Source: a virus. From it: a stretch of 47,752 nt of DNA. The DNA lies in the IMG/VR virus record IMGVR_UViG_3300045988_118171, one strand, 5' to 3'. A program made the position numbers and the translations under genes. This document shows positions 1 through 7,858 of this stretch, one piece after another. Each line of letters opens with the position of its first letter. Within the stretch, counting starts at the first letter, position 1. Under the pieces are notes generated by a model that saw nothing but the letters and a program-made list of their open reading frames with translations, was not told where the DNA came from and did no database searches.

Positions 1-55
1 AGTGTAGTCTCGAATTTTTGTTATTTCGAGTGTCTACTCTATGGGGAGCATATCA
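1..55. repeat. Exact 55-bp terminal direct repeat, copy 1 (identical to 47698..47752); circular-assembly overlap
   Basis: Read directly: bases 1-55 equal bases 47698-47752. These bases are also the outer end of the IS listed at 46030..47752. Confidence 0.9.
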
Positions 56-105
56 GTAAAGGCGGCTATTTCCGCATCCTTTTTGTTGTGAAAGGGGGAT
101 TGAAC

Positions 106-951
106 ATGAACTTGCACAAGTTACTCCTGACAAAGAACGAGTGCTATATCAGGGGGGTGCCTATCACTCCCGTTGGCGTGATGGTACACAGCACCGGGGC
201 CAACAACCCCAACCTCAGACGCTACATCCAGCCGGACGACGGCCTGCTGGGGACCAACAACGCCGGGAACCATTTCAACCAGCCGCGCCCTGGTGGCCGT
301 AAGGTTTGCGTCCATGCCATCATCGGCAAGCTGGCTGACGGTTCTATTGCCACATACCAGACGCTTCCCTGGGCTATGCGAGGCTGGCACAGCGGCACTG
401 GACCAAAGGGCAGCGCCAACAACATGGGTTACATCGGGTTTGAAATCTGCGAGGACGGTCTAACCGACCCCGTGTATTTCCGCAAGGTTTACCGGGAGGC
501 TGTCGAGCTGACCGCCTACCTCTGCAAGCTGTACAAGCTGGACCCGAAGAAGGACGGCGTTATCATCTGCCACAGTGAGGGGAATAAGCGAGGCATCGCC
601 TCCAACCATGTCGACGTAATGCACTGGTTCCCGAAGCACGGAAAGAGCATGGATACCTTCCGGGCGGACGTGGTGAAAGAAATGAGCAACAGCACCGACG
701 ACAGAGAGAAAGAAGAGGGTGACGACATGGACATCAAGAAGTTTGTCGAACAGCTGACACCTGAAATGTGTTACAGCATCATGGCCGAAGCCATGGCCTA
801 TGCAGCCAAGCAAGCAGAACCCGAATGGAGCCAGAAGGAAGGACACTGGGCCGAGGCCACTAAAAAGGGCCTTATGAACGGTTCCGCGCCTGAGGGCTAC
901 GTCAAACGGGACGAACTGGCCGCTGTTCTGGGCCGTGGGGGGCTGCTGTGA
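106..951 (+). CDS. Endolysin, N-acetylmuramoyl-L-alanine amidase (Amidase_2/PGRP type) with unassigned C-terminal domain
   Basis: ORF track 88..951; start moved to ATG 106 behind the AAAGGGGGA RBS. Motifs: VMVHSTGANNP, GYIGFEICED, ICHSEG...HVDV. Confidence 0.85.
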   Translation: MNLHKLLLTKNECYIRGVPITPVGVMVHSTGANNPNLRRYIQPDDGLLGTNNAGNHFNQPRPGGRKVCVHAIIGKLADGSIATYQTLPWAMRGWHSGTGPKGSANNMGYIGFEICEDGLTDPVYFRKVYREAVELTAYLCKLYKLDPKKDGVIICHSEGNKRGIASNHVDVMHWFPKHGKSMDTFRADVVKEMSNSTDDREKEEGDDMDIKKFVEQLTPEMCYSIMAEAMAYAAKQAEPEWSQKEGHWAEATKKGLMNGSAPEGYVKRDELAAVLGRGGLL

Positions 952-1385
952 GTGGCTGGCTGGCTGAATACTGCGACAAGCTGATCGGCGGCATCCTGGC
1001 GCTCTTGGCGTCCTCTGTTGTGGTGCAGGTATCTCCGATCAAGCTCAACCCCTGGACGTGGCTGGCAAAGAAGATCGGGACGGCCATCAATGGCGAGGTC
1101 CTGGAGAAGGTAGATCATATCTCCGTGGAGCTGGCCGCGCACGTCAAGCACGACGACGAGCGCAATGCCAAACGCGCACGAGTGAGAATCCTGCGCTTTG
1201 CGGACGAGATACTCCAGGGGGAACGCCACTCGAAAGAGCACTTCGACGAGATCCTGGAGGACATCACGGAGTACAACCGCTATTGTGCGCGGCATCCTGA
1301 GTTCCCGAACGATAAGGCGACTCTCTCCATCGCCCACATCGAGCGCACCTACCGCACGAGGATGGAGAAAAACGACTTCTTGTAG
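948..1385 (+). CDS. Hypothetical N-terminally membrane-anchored protein of the lysis cassette
   Basis: GTG start overlaps the endolysin stop (GTGA) and follows a GGGGGG RBS. Hydrophobic N-terminus (LIGGILALLASSVVV). No family recognised. Confidence 0.55.
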   Translation: MSGWLAEYCDKLIGGILALLASSVVVQVSPIKLNPWTWLAKKIGTAINGEVLEKVDHISVELAAHVKHDDERNAKRARVRILRFADEILQGERHSKEHFDEILEDITEYNRYCARHPEFPNDKATLSIAHIERTYRTRMEKNDFL

Positions 1386-1402
1386 GAAGGGAGGGAAAAT
1401 CC

Positions 1403-1609
1403 ATGAACCTGACAAATAAATCGTGGTGGAGGGCCGCAGCTATCCGCGCGACCAAAACCGTAGCGCAGACAGCTATCGGCTGTATCGGTGCAGCTGCCGC
1501 CCTGGGAGACGTCAACTGGCCTATGGTGGTTTCGGCTGCCGTCCTGTCCGGCATCGTATCCGTGCTGACCAGCGTAGCCGGTCTGCCGGAGGTCGAGAGT
1601 AACAACTAG
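1403..1609 (+). CDS. Holin (small two-TM protein, r1t-holin-like pattern)
   Basis: 68 aa with a strong RBS (GGAAGGGAGGG). Motif RATKTVAQTAIG plus two hydrophobic segments; lies next to the endolysin. Confidence 0.7.
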   Translation: MNLTNKSWWRAAAIRATKTVAQTAIGCIGAAAALGDVNWPMVVSAAVLSGIVSVLTSVAGLPEVESNN

Positions 1610-1619
1610 GTATAAAAAA

Positions 1620-1666
1620 CCCCCGGCGGCGTATGGATACCGTCGGGGGCTGCCTTTAGTTTTTTC
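1620..1666 (+). terminator. Rho-independent terminator after the lysis genes
   Basis: Stem CCCCCGGCGG / CCGTCGGGGG (one mismatch) followed by a T-rich run. Confidence 0.7.
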
Positions 1667-1688
1667 GGGGGAGAAAAAACTGAGGTAC

Positions 1689-1716
1689 CCGGTTAGTGTA
1701 ACATGGCACTAACTGG
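1689..1716. promoter_or_regulatory. 10-bp inverted repeat (CCGGTTAGTG-N8-CACTAACTGG); operator or RNA hairpin
   Basis: Read directly; 9 Watson-Crick pairs plus one G-T. Lies just upstream of the 11-bp repeat array. Confidence 0.5.
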
Positions 1717-1726
1717 GAAAGCTGTC

Positions 1727-1770
1727 GAAAACACACGGAAAACACACGGAAAACACACGGAAAACACACG
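1727..1770. repeat. Four perfect tandem copies of the 11-bp unit GAAAACACACG
   Basis: Read directly; ends 5 nt before the AAAGGGGG RBS of the ORF starting at 1786. Confidence 0.95.
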
Positions 1771-1785
1771 AAAGGGGGTGGACGC

Positions 1786-2178
1786 ATGGCAAACGCCGAG
1801 ACCACAATCATGACCGGGGCGCTGGAGGACGACAAGGGCCGGAGACTGCTGCCGGAAACCACAGCCGCGCAGGTAATCCATACCGACGGCGAATCCAGCG
1901 AGACTAAATTCAAGCGGCAGAAAGCCAGCGCGAATATGTCCGCGACTCTCGCCGCCTCTGCCACCAAGACGGTGGTGGACCTGTCGGCCTACATAACGAA
2001 CCGGTCAAAGACGTCCTATCGGCTGGAAATCCTGGCATCCACGGCAGACGGCGAGTCTCCGGTTGCTACCGTTATCGCGGAGCTTATCGGTGACTATGCC
2101 GTATTCTACCGGCAGGGCGTCTCCGTTGCGAAGGAAATCACGATCACGTATCGCCTTGTATCAATGCCCCTGGCTTGA
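1786..2178 (+). CDS. Hypothetical protein, tail-fibre-associated (N-terminal LLPETTAAQVIH motif resembles fibre N-termini)
   Basis: ORF track; good RBS. Co-oriented and adjacent to the fibre-like gene at 2224. Confidence 0.55.
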   Translation: MANAETTIMTGALEDDKGRRLLPETTAAQVIHTDGESSETKFKRQKASANMSATLAASATKTVVDLSAYITNRSKTSYRLEILASTADGESPVATVIAELIGDYAVFYRQGVSVAKEITITYRLVSMPLA

Positions 2179-2223
2179 TGGGGCAGCAGCAAGGCCCGCA
2201 TGAAAGGTTAAGAGGTTTGTACT

Positions 2224-3447
2224 ATGAGCACTACGAATTTCTCCCCTGAGATCGACGACAACACCTTGTATCACAAGGGCGACATTGAGGCAAGCACCGC
2301 CCAGCTGATCGACGACGCACTGGCAGCCGCAAACGCGGCGCTGCCGAAAGCAGCTCAACTCGCTGTCTCAGACATGGACGAGCTTCGGACCACGGGCTTT
2401 TTCCATGGCTACGGGACGCTCAACGCCCCTGAATCCGGCTTCATGTATTTCCTGGTCATTGCCTACCCGGACGGCTACAACTACTGGGTGAAGCAGCTGG
2501 CGTTCAGTTTCACGGACAGCAAGACCTATATCCGCACCATGGCAAACGGCATCTGGAGTACCTGGGAGCCGATTCAGACCGGCACCAGGCTGGAGGATAA
2601 GGTCGGGGACCTGGCAGGGCTGGGCACCGTGGACAAGACCAACGCAGTGGCCGCCATCAACGAGCTGGTGGCTGCCCTCGATGTAGTACGCAACGAGGTT
2701 GCTATTGCTGGAGCGCTGGCCGCTGCTGCTGCACCCGCCAACCACAACCACGACGGCGTGTATGCTCCCGCCACGCACTCCCACCCCCAGTATTTGACCT
2801 CTGTTCCCCAGTACAACAGCAACACCGGCGAGAACACCTACGTCTGCGGCCCGAACCGGACCCACAAGACGCTCCAGGCGTTGGTCGATAGCCTGCCGAA
2901 GTTCAGCATCGGCCCCCGCCGCCTCCAGGTGGATGCTGGGGACTACGCCGAGAAGGTGGTGCTGCGCGGCTTCCATGGTGGCCCTATCACCATCGAAACC
3001 AGCGGCGCATATAGCGGGCGGGCGAATTTCCTGGGAATCCTGATGGAGGATTGCACAGCCACCATCAACGTGTCCAACGTAAACGTCGGACCTGCTGGCG
3101 GGCAGAATCCTTCCCATGGTATCTATCCCACCCGTTGCGGGGTGATCCGCGTCGAGAATTGCAATATCCAGACCGTGGCATTTGGCGCGTATCTGGTACG
3201 CACTGACAAGTTGGTCATGCGTAATGTTACTGTCAGCCACATCGGCGGAAACCTGACCGCTGCTGTTGGTATGAACGAGTCTGAGGGAACCTTCGTCGCC
3301 CTGGACGGCCTGACCGTCAACGGCGGCTATGGTGCTACCGCAATCCAGGCGCAGAACGCCGTTGTTGTGGGCAAGCGGCCCACCATGAACAGCGTAGACG
3401 TGGAGATCAACTCCAACGCTGGCGGCGTCTATTACAACGTCATCTAA
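2224..3447 (+). CDS. Tail-fibre / receptor-binding-like protein (knob-like N-domain, HNHDGVYAPATHSHPQY fibre motif, beta-helix-like C-domain)
   Basis: ORF track. GFFHGY...WSTWEP knob-like pattern, HxH fibre repeat, then repetitive N/V/G-rich C-terminal half. Confidence 0.55.
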   Translation: MSTTNFSPEIDDNTLYHKGDIEASTAQLIDDALAAANAALPKAAQLAVSDMDELRTTGFFHGYGTLNAPESGFMYFLVIAYPDGYNYWVKQLAFSFTDSKTYIRTMANGIWSTWEPIQTGTRLEDKVGDLAGLGTVDKTNAVAAINELVAALDVVRNEVAIAGALAAAAAPANHNHDGVYAPATHSHPQYLTSVPQYNSNTGENTYVCGPNRTHKTLQALVDSLPKFSIGPRRLQVDAGDYAEKVVLRGFHGGPITIETSGAYSGRANFLGILMEDCTATINVSNVNVGPAGGQNPSHGIYPTRCGVIRVENCNIQTVAFGAYLVRTDKLVMRNVTVSHIGGNLTAAVGMNESEGTFVALDGLTVNGGYGATAIQAQNAVVVGKRPTMNSVDVEINSNAGGVYYNVI

Positions 3448-3467
3448 CCGAATACCACCGAACGAAG

Positions 3468-3502
3468 AGAGGGCTGCCCCATGCGGGTGGCCCTCTTTTT
3501 TT
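3468..3502 (+). terminator. Rho-independent terminator
   Basis: Stem AGAGGGC / GCCCTCT followed by T7. Confidence 0.75.
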
Positions 3503-3593
3503 GTGCCCTTCTTTCCAATATATGCACTTTTAACAATGCCAACATTAGGAATTTGTGCATTTAGTCGATTTGTTCTTTTTGGTGTAAAAACTA

Positions 3594-3622
3594 TTGCATA
3601 TTCTGTTCTGTCGTTGTATTAT
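3594..3622 (+). promoter_or_regulatory. Sigma-70-type early promoter (TTGCAT-17-TATTAT); paralog of the promoter at 13719
   Basis: Hexamers and 17-nt spacer read directly. The downstream AGCACCATAaGGAACAAA is shared with the 13748 region. Confidence 0.55.
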
Positions 3623-3676
3623 AGCACCATAAGGAACAAACAAGATACAAAAAAGAACAATCAGGAGGAAACAGAA

Positions 3677-3877
3677 ATGAGACTTTACATTGAAGGACGC
3701 CGCAATGGCTACAGCCCAGATCAATGCGGGCACACGATGACTGTCCAGGAATTGATCGAATACCTTGAACAGTTCGACGAAGACACCGAAATCTTCTTAA
3801 AGAGCGACGGCGGATACACCTATGGCAACATCGATGAAACCAGCTTTGAGGAAAGCGACGAAGAAGACGCAGAGTGA
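3677..3877 (+). CDS. Small acidic hypothetical protein (first gene of the early operon)
   Basis: Start moved to ATG 3677 behind AGGAGG; the upstream part of track ORF 3503..3877 is AT-rich promoter DNA. C-terminus is EESDEEDAE. Confidence 0.6.
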   Translation: MRLYIEGRRNGYSPDQCGHTMTVQELIEYLEQFDEDTEIFLKSDGGYTYGNIDETSFEESDEEDAE

Positions 3878-3948
3878 CAGCCCTTCGGGGCTGGTAATGC
3901 GGGACCCGAAAGGGTGCGGTCACAACCCCGCGAGAAGGAGGAAATACC

Positions 3949-4796
3949 ATGAAGACTTTTGAGGTTGGAAAGACCTATACCATGCGAAGCATCGGCGACC
4001 ACGATTGTGTCTGGACCTATACCGTGGTCAAGCGCACCGCCAAGACCATCACTATCAGCGCCGGCCAGGAAACCAAGACCTGCCGCGTGAACGCCAAGAC
4101 TTCCGAGATCCGCAATGCCGAGAGCATCTATCCCCTGGGCCGCTACTCCATGAGCCCCGTCCTCTCTGCGGACGCCGAGGATGCCCCCGAAGAGGCTACC
4201 ATTGAGAAAGCTGCCACTGTCCCCATGAAATTCAAGAAGCAACCCAATGTTGCCTTTTTCTCCAGATACGTCCGCGAGGATGGGAAGATCACGATCACGA
4301 GCGTTGACCGCCAAATCAATGGTACATGGAAGAACGTCTTCGAGGTTACAGGCGAAAACGGCGCAGTTATTGACGTGCTTCCCCGCCTGAAAGACGCAAA
4401 AGCAAAATACGAAACTGAGCAGGGGTCCGAGGCCCCCATCGAGGCTGAAGAGGTGCAGGAAGCGCCCAAGGCTGCCGCAGAAGAAGCCCCCGACTTCAAG
4501 CTGAACCCCATGTGCGAGAAATGCGCCAACTATCCCACCGACTGCGCCGGAACCCACGAACAAGTCTGGACCGGCTGTGTCCACCGCGAGACTGCCCCTG
4601 ACGAGAACAGAACCTTTGCCCCGAAGAAGTTGCGGACCATGACCGACTCCAGGTTCTCTTTGACGAGAAACCCGACGAGGCCACCCGCGCCAAGCTGAAA
4701 CAGAACGGCTTTCGCTGGTCCCCCACGAACAGCGCATGGCAGCGCAAGCTCACCCCCAACGCGGAAATCGCAGCCCGCAGAGTTTTCGAGAAGTAA
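3949..4796 (+). CDS. Hypothetical protein with a broken reading frame (3949..4698, continuing in the -1 frame 4602..4796)
   Basis: Strong RBS. The tail of frame 1 (RTMTDSRFSLTRNPTRPPAPS) looks out of frame. The -1 frame reads EEVADHDRLQVLFDEKPDEATRAKLKQNGFRWSPTNSAWQRKLT and has no start codon of its own. Confidence 0.5.
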
Positions 4797-4846
4797 TCAC
4801 CGGACATAGCCTGACCTACCGGGCATACGGGGAGAAAGGAACCATT

Positions 4847-5077
4847 ATGAACGCAGTACAGAGAATCAAGGCGCGGCACAACGAGGCCGCGCAAGCCGAG
4901 ATGGACGCCCTGCTGGATGCCCTGCGCCCCGCCATGAAGCGGAACGTGCAGCGCCGCCGAGAGGAAGAGGCCCGCAAGGCCGAAGCTGCCCTGCGTAAGC
5001 GGGCAGAGGAAGAGTCCCGCAAAGCCCTGCTGAACATGGCCCTGTACCGGGCCGGTATCCCGTTCCAGGTGATGTGA
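4847..5077 (+). CDS. Hypothetical coiled-coil protein
   Basis: Start moved to ATG 4847 behind GGAGAAAGG. Charged helical sequence. Confidence 0.5.
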   Translation: MNAVQRIKARHNEAAQAEMDALLDALRPAMKRNVQRRREEEARKAEAALRKRAEEESRKALLNMALYRAGIPFQVM

Positions 5078-5217
5078 TGGGCGCTGTTTATCGCCTCTGC
5101 CGCCGCTGCGGGGAGCGGTGGAACGTGAGCTGCATCTACCCCGGAGAAAAGACTTATATCTGCCCCGTCTGCGCCTATAAAGCCAGGCGGGCAGGGAGGA
5201 AGGAGCGAACAGCATGA
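5077..5217 (+). CDS. Small zinc-ribbon protein (46 aa, CxxC...CxxC); absent from the ORF track
   Basis: Hand translation: MGAVYRLCRRCGERWNVSCIYPGEKTYICPVCAYKARRAGRKERTA. ATGA-type overlaps with both neighbouring genes. Confidence 0.45.
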   Translation: MGAVYRLCRRCGERWNVSCIYPGEKTYICPVCAYKARRAGRKERTA

Positions 5218-5525
5218 AGATCCCCGAACCAATGAATATCTGGCAAAGCTACGGAGATTACATTACTCTGCCCGCGATGTACGAGGCGCTGGCCGAAGAG
5301 TGTTCCGAGTTAGCCAAAGCCGCTCAGAAAATGGCGCGAGTCATCAGAAAAGAGAACCCCACGCCTGTTACCGGAGAGGAAGCCGAAGAGATGGTCCGCG
5401 AAGAGTTCACAGATGTTGTCAACTGTGCAATCGGGCTTGGCCTGGAGTTAGACGGCGTTTCATCCATCGAAAAGTTCTATCGGATGCAGAAGCGCTGCAT
5501 AGAGGGCTGCGAGAATGAGCGTTAG
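5214..5525 (+). CDS. MazG-like nucleotide pyrophosphohydrolase domain protein
   Basis: EECSE ... REEFTD (ExxE / EExxD) helical pattern; small size typical of phage MazG-like proteins. Confidence 0.5.
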   Translation: MKIPEPMNIWQSYGDYITLPAMYEALAEECSELAKAAQKMARVIRKENPTPVTGEEAEEMVREEFTDVVNCAIGLGLELDGVSSIEKFYRMQKRCIEGCENER

Positions 5526-5907
5526 AGTCAACGGCGTCCGAATCCAGACGGAGGGGCACAGGCCGTGGCTGAACGCACCCGCTACACCGGAGGCCCCAGA
5601 ACTCAGGAGCTTATACCTTCACCACAAGGACAGGCCGGAAGTGGTGGCTGCCTGCCTAAACTGCCAAGCGGAAACCTGCAAGACCGGCCACTGCGCCAAG
5701 CTGCAACGCATGGGAGTCGGCAAGACCTCCAGAGGCACCAGGGAGATGGTCAAAATCCCGATGCCGAAGGGATTCAAGAGGGCGTTCAAGGGGAACACAC
5801 TGCAAGCCCTGGCGAAGCGCTACGGGGTTAGCGTAAATACTGTGATCCGCTGGAGGGACGAAGCTGGCCTGACCTCAGTACAAGGGCCAAAGAAGGGGGT
5901 GAAGTGA
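5515..5907 (+). CDS. Hypothetical DNA-binding protein (C-terminal HTH)
   Basis: LAKRYGVSVNTVIRWRDEAGL helix-turn-helix pattern. Confidence 0.55.
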   Translation: MSVRVNGVRIQTEGHRPWLNAPATPEAPELRSLYLHHKDRPEVVAACLNCQAETCKTGHCAKLQRMGVGKTSRGTREMVKIPMPKGFKRAFKGNTLQALAKRYGVSVNTVIRWRDEAGLTSVQGPKKGVK

Positions 5908-6116
5908 TGCCCAAGCAAAGCACTCCCACGCCCGACAAGCGGACGCAGGGCCGCCCATACTACGTTGGCATTGCCCTGGATGCGGAAGAGTTCGAGTTCA
6001 TCCTGAACATCACAGCAAAGTTGGGAATGAACCGAGCGCAATACATACGCTATCTTCTCCATCGCGAGAAGGAAAACGAATTACTTAACGAAGTCGGCCT
6101 TGGCTATTTCGTGTGA
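5907..6116 (+). CDS. Ribbon-helix-helix (CopG/MobC-like) protein
   Basis: YYVGIALDAEEFEFILNITAKLGMNRAQYIRYLL pattern; TGATG overlap with the upstream gene. Confidence 0.5.
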   Translation: MPKQSTPTPDKRTQGRPYYVGIALDAEEFEFILNITAKLGMNRAQYIRYLLHREKENELLNEVGLGYFV

Positions 6117-6135
6117 TCTATCAGGAGGTACCCCA

Positions 6136-6321
6136 ATGAAAGAGAAAAAGAACCCACCCCAGAAGAAAGCTGCCCATGCCACCGTCAAGGTGAGCAAGAA
6201 GAACCCCACCACCAACTATCCCCGTGACAGCCATAGAGCGTTCTGCAATCGCTGTTTTTATGGCAACAACCGCCGCTGCCCTATTACCGGGCGCAACAGC
6301 ACCAAGCGGTGTAGACTGTGA
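6136..6321 (+). CDS. Small basic Cys-containing hypothetical protein
   Basis: ATG 6136 behind AGGAGG; ends just before the deaminase start. Confidence 0.4.
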   Translation: MKEKKNPPQKKAAHATVKVSKKNPTTNYPRDSHRAFCNRCFYGNNRRCPITGRNSTKRCRL

Positions 6322-6328
6322 GGGCGGC

Positions 6329-6739
6329 ATGGAGTTCAAACGAATCAGCAAGCGCGATTATTACCTGTTCATAGCCCGCGCTGTTGCCCGCCGTAGCACC
6401 TGCATCCGTCGCCACTATGGCGCTGTGATTGTCAAGGACGACAGGATCATTGCTACCGGCTACAACGGTGCGGCCAGAGGCGAACCGAACTGCTGTGATG
6501 TAGGGGAGTGCTGGAGAGCTGCCCACAACATCCCCCATGGGGAACAGTACGAGAAGTGCGTGGCAGTCCACGCCGAGGACAATGCCATTTCCCAGGCTGG
6601 CCGGGAGGCCCTGGGCGCGACCCTCTACCTGTGGGGAGAAGATGCCCAAGGAAACGAGATCCACGCCGCCCCCTGCATGATGTGTGCCCGGAAGATCAAG
6701 AACGCCGGGATTGTGGAGGTCGTAAGCTATGGACATTAG
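6329..6739 (+). CDS. dCMP (deoxycytidylate) deaminase
   Basis: Start moved to ATG 6329. Zinc motifs VHAEDNAI and PCMMCARKI; GYNG motif. Confidence 0.85.
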   Translation: MEFKRISKRDYYLFIARAVARRSTCIRRHYGAVIVKDDRIIATGYNGAARGEPNCCDVGECWRAAHNIPHGEQYEKCVAVHAEDNAISQAGREALGATLYLWGEDAQGNEIHAAPCMMCARKIKNAGIVEVVSYGH

Positions 6740-6935
6740 AAAGCTGTCCGAGCCTGAACTGAAAGCGCTGGCCCTGCGCAAGAACGCGCAGGGCTGCGCC
6801 ACAGCTGCCGCGCTCAAGGCCCAGGCTATTCTCTACGAGCGCCTGCACTGGCCCAGCTATAACGAGCTGCTGTCCAGGGGGATGGATCGCGATGGGAACC
6901 ACTACACTAAAAAGGGAGGATCGGAAAATGGTTGA
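6729..6935 (+). CDS. Hypothetical protein
   Basis: ORF track; overlaps neighbours in an operon-like way. Confidence 0.45.
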   Translation: MDIRKLSEPELKALALRKNAQGCATAAALKAQAILYERLHWPSYNELLSRGMDRDGNHYTKKGGSENG

Positions 6936-7164
6936 AAAATCTATCACTTGCGCCCAGCTCAGCGAGTTGGAAGATGCAGCAATCGTCGGTGGGGTCGATG
7001 GCTATCACAGACTGCTGGAGGACTACACTGGGATCAAGGCCGTTAGACATGATGTGTATCTGTATTACGATGCCGAGGGTAGATATGTCGGAGACAGCGA
7101 CAATACCCTGTTGGCCTGGATGCTAAAGAGGGCTGGCGTGGAGATTAAGGGGGGCAAGGAATGA
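6928..7164 (+). CDS. Hypothetical protein
   Basis: ATG 6928 behind AAAGGGAGGA. Confidence 0.5.
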   Translation: MVEKSITCAQLSELEDAAIVGGVDGYHRLLEDYTGIKAVRHDVYLYYDAEGRYVGDSDNTLLAWMLKRAGVEIKGGKE

Positions 7165-7526
7165 AAGACCTGACCTACCTGGAGAAGTACCGGGACACGC
7201 AAACCGAGCGTGATTACTACCACCGCCGGGGCGATTCCGGCAATGGTGCTTTCAAAGTGTACATCAACGGAAGATCGTTCTTCTGTATCGCCAGTAACGG
7301 CGGAGGATGGGAGCACGTCAGCGTGAGTCCCTGCAACCGCAAACGAGCCACGCCGCCCACCTGGGCTGAAATGTGCGAGATCAAGCGCATGTTCTTCGAG
7401 GACGAGGAAGCTGTTGTTCAGTTCCATCCGCCCCGCAGCGAGTATGTGAACATCCATCCGTACTGCTTGCACCTCTGGCGGCCAACATCTCAGGATATGC
7501 CCAGGCCGCCGAAGAAGTTTGTTTGA
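7161..7526 (+). CDS. Conserved phage hypothetical protein (GWEHVSVS...PTWAEM...HPYCLHLW pattern)
   Basis: ORF track; ATGA overlap with the upstream gene. The motif recurs in phage early regions (from memory). Confidence 0.6.
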   Translation: MKDLTYLEKYRDTQTERDYYHRRGDSGNGAFKVYINGRSFFCIASNGGGWEHVSVSPCNRKRATPPTWAEMCEIKRMFFEDEEAVVQFHPPRSEYVNIHPYCLHLWRPTSQDMPRPPKKFV

Positions 7527-7539
7527 TAGGGGGGATAAT

Positions 7540-7833
7540 ATGGCTGACTACATTGATCGGGAAGCCCTGCTGAAAGACGTAGCCAGAATCGGGGGATACC
7601 CGTGGCGCGAGTGGGAAACAGCGGAAGTGTTTGCTCTTGTGGCCAAACAGCCTGCCGTTGGTGTGGCCCCTGTTCGGTACGGTAAGTGGATAAGAGTCGG
7701 AAGCGGGACAGCGTGCAGCGAATGCATGACGGGCCTGAAAAGAACCACCGCCCTCAACGACGAGTGGGTGGATTTATCGGAAATGCCATACTGCCCAAAA
7801 TGCGGCGCGAAAATGGAGGCAAATCATAGCTGA
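7540..7833 (+). CDS. Hypothetical zinc-ribbon protein
   Basis: ATG 7540 behind GGGGGG. CSEC...CPKC motif. Confidence 0.55.
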   Translation: MADYIDREALLKDVARIGGYPWREWETAEVFALVAKQPAVGVAPVRYGKWIRVGSGTACSECMTGLKRTTALNDEWVDLSEMPYCPKCGAKMEANHS

Positions 7834-7858
7834 CACCATCAAATTCCCGACTAGCTAC

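Noticed and set aside
1727-1770. A CRISPR array or phase-variable coding repeat.
   Set aside because: The units are 11 bp and directly abutting with no spacers, and the array is intergenic. It is treated as a regulatory repeat.
1786-3447. A diversity-generating retroelement target, or a retron, near the fibre-like genes.
   Set aside because: No reverse transcriptase gene and no template/variable repeat pair occur anywhere in the 47.7-kb circle.
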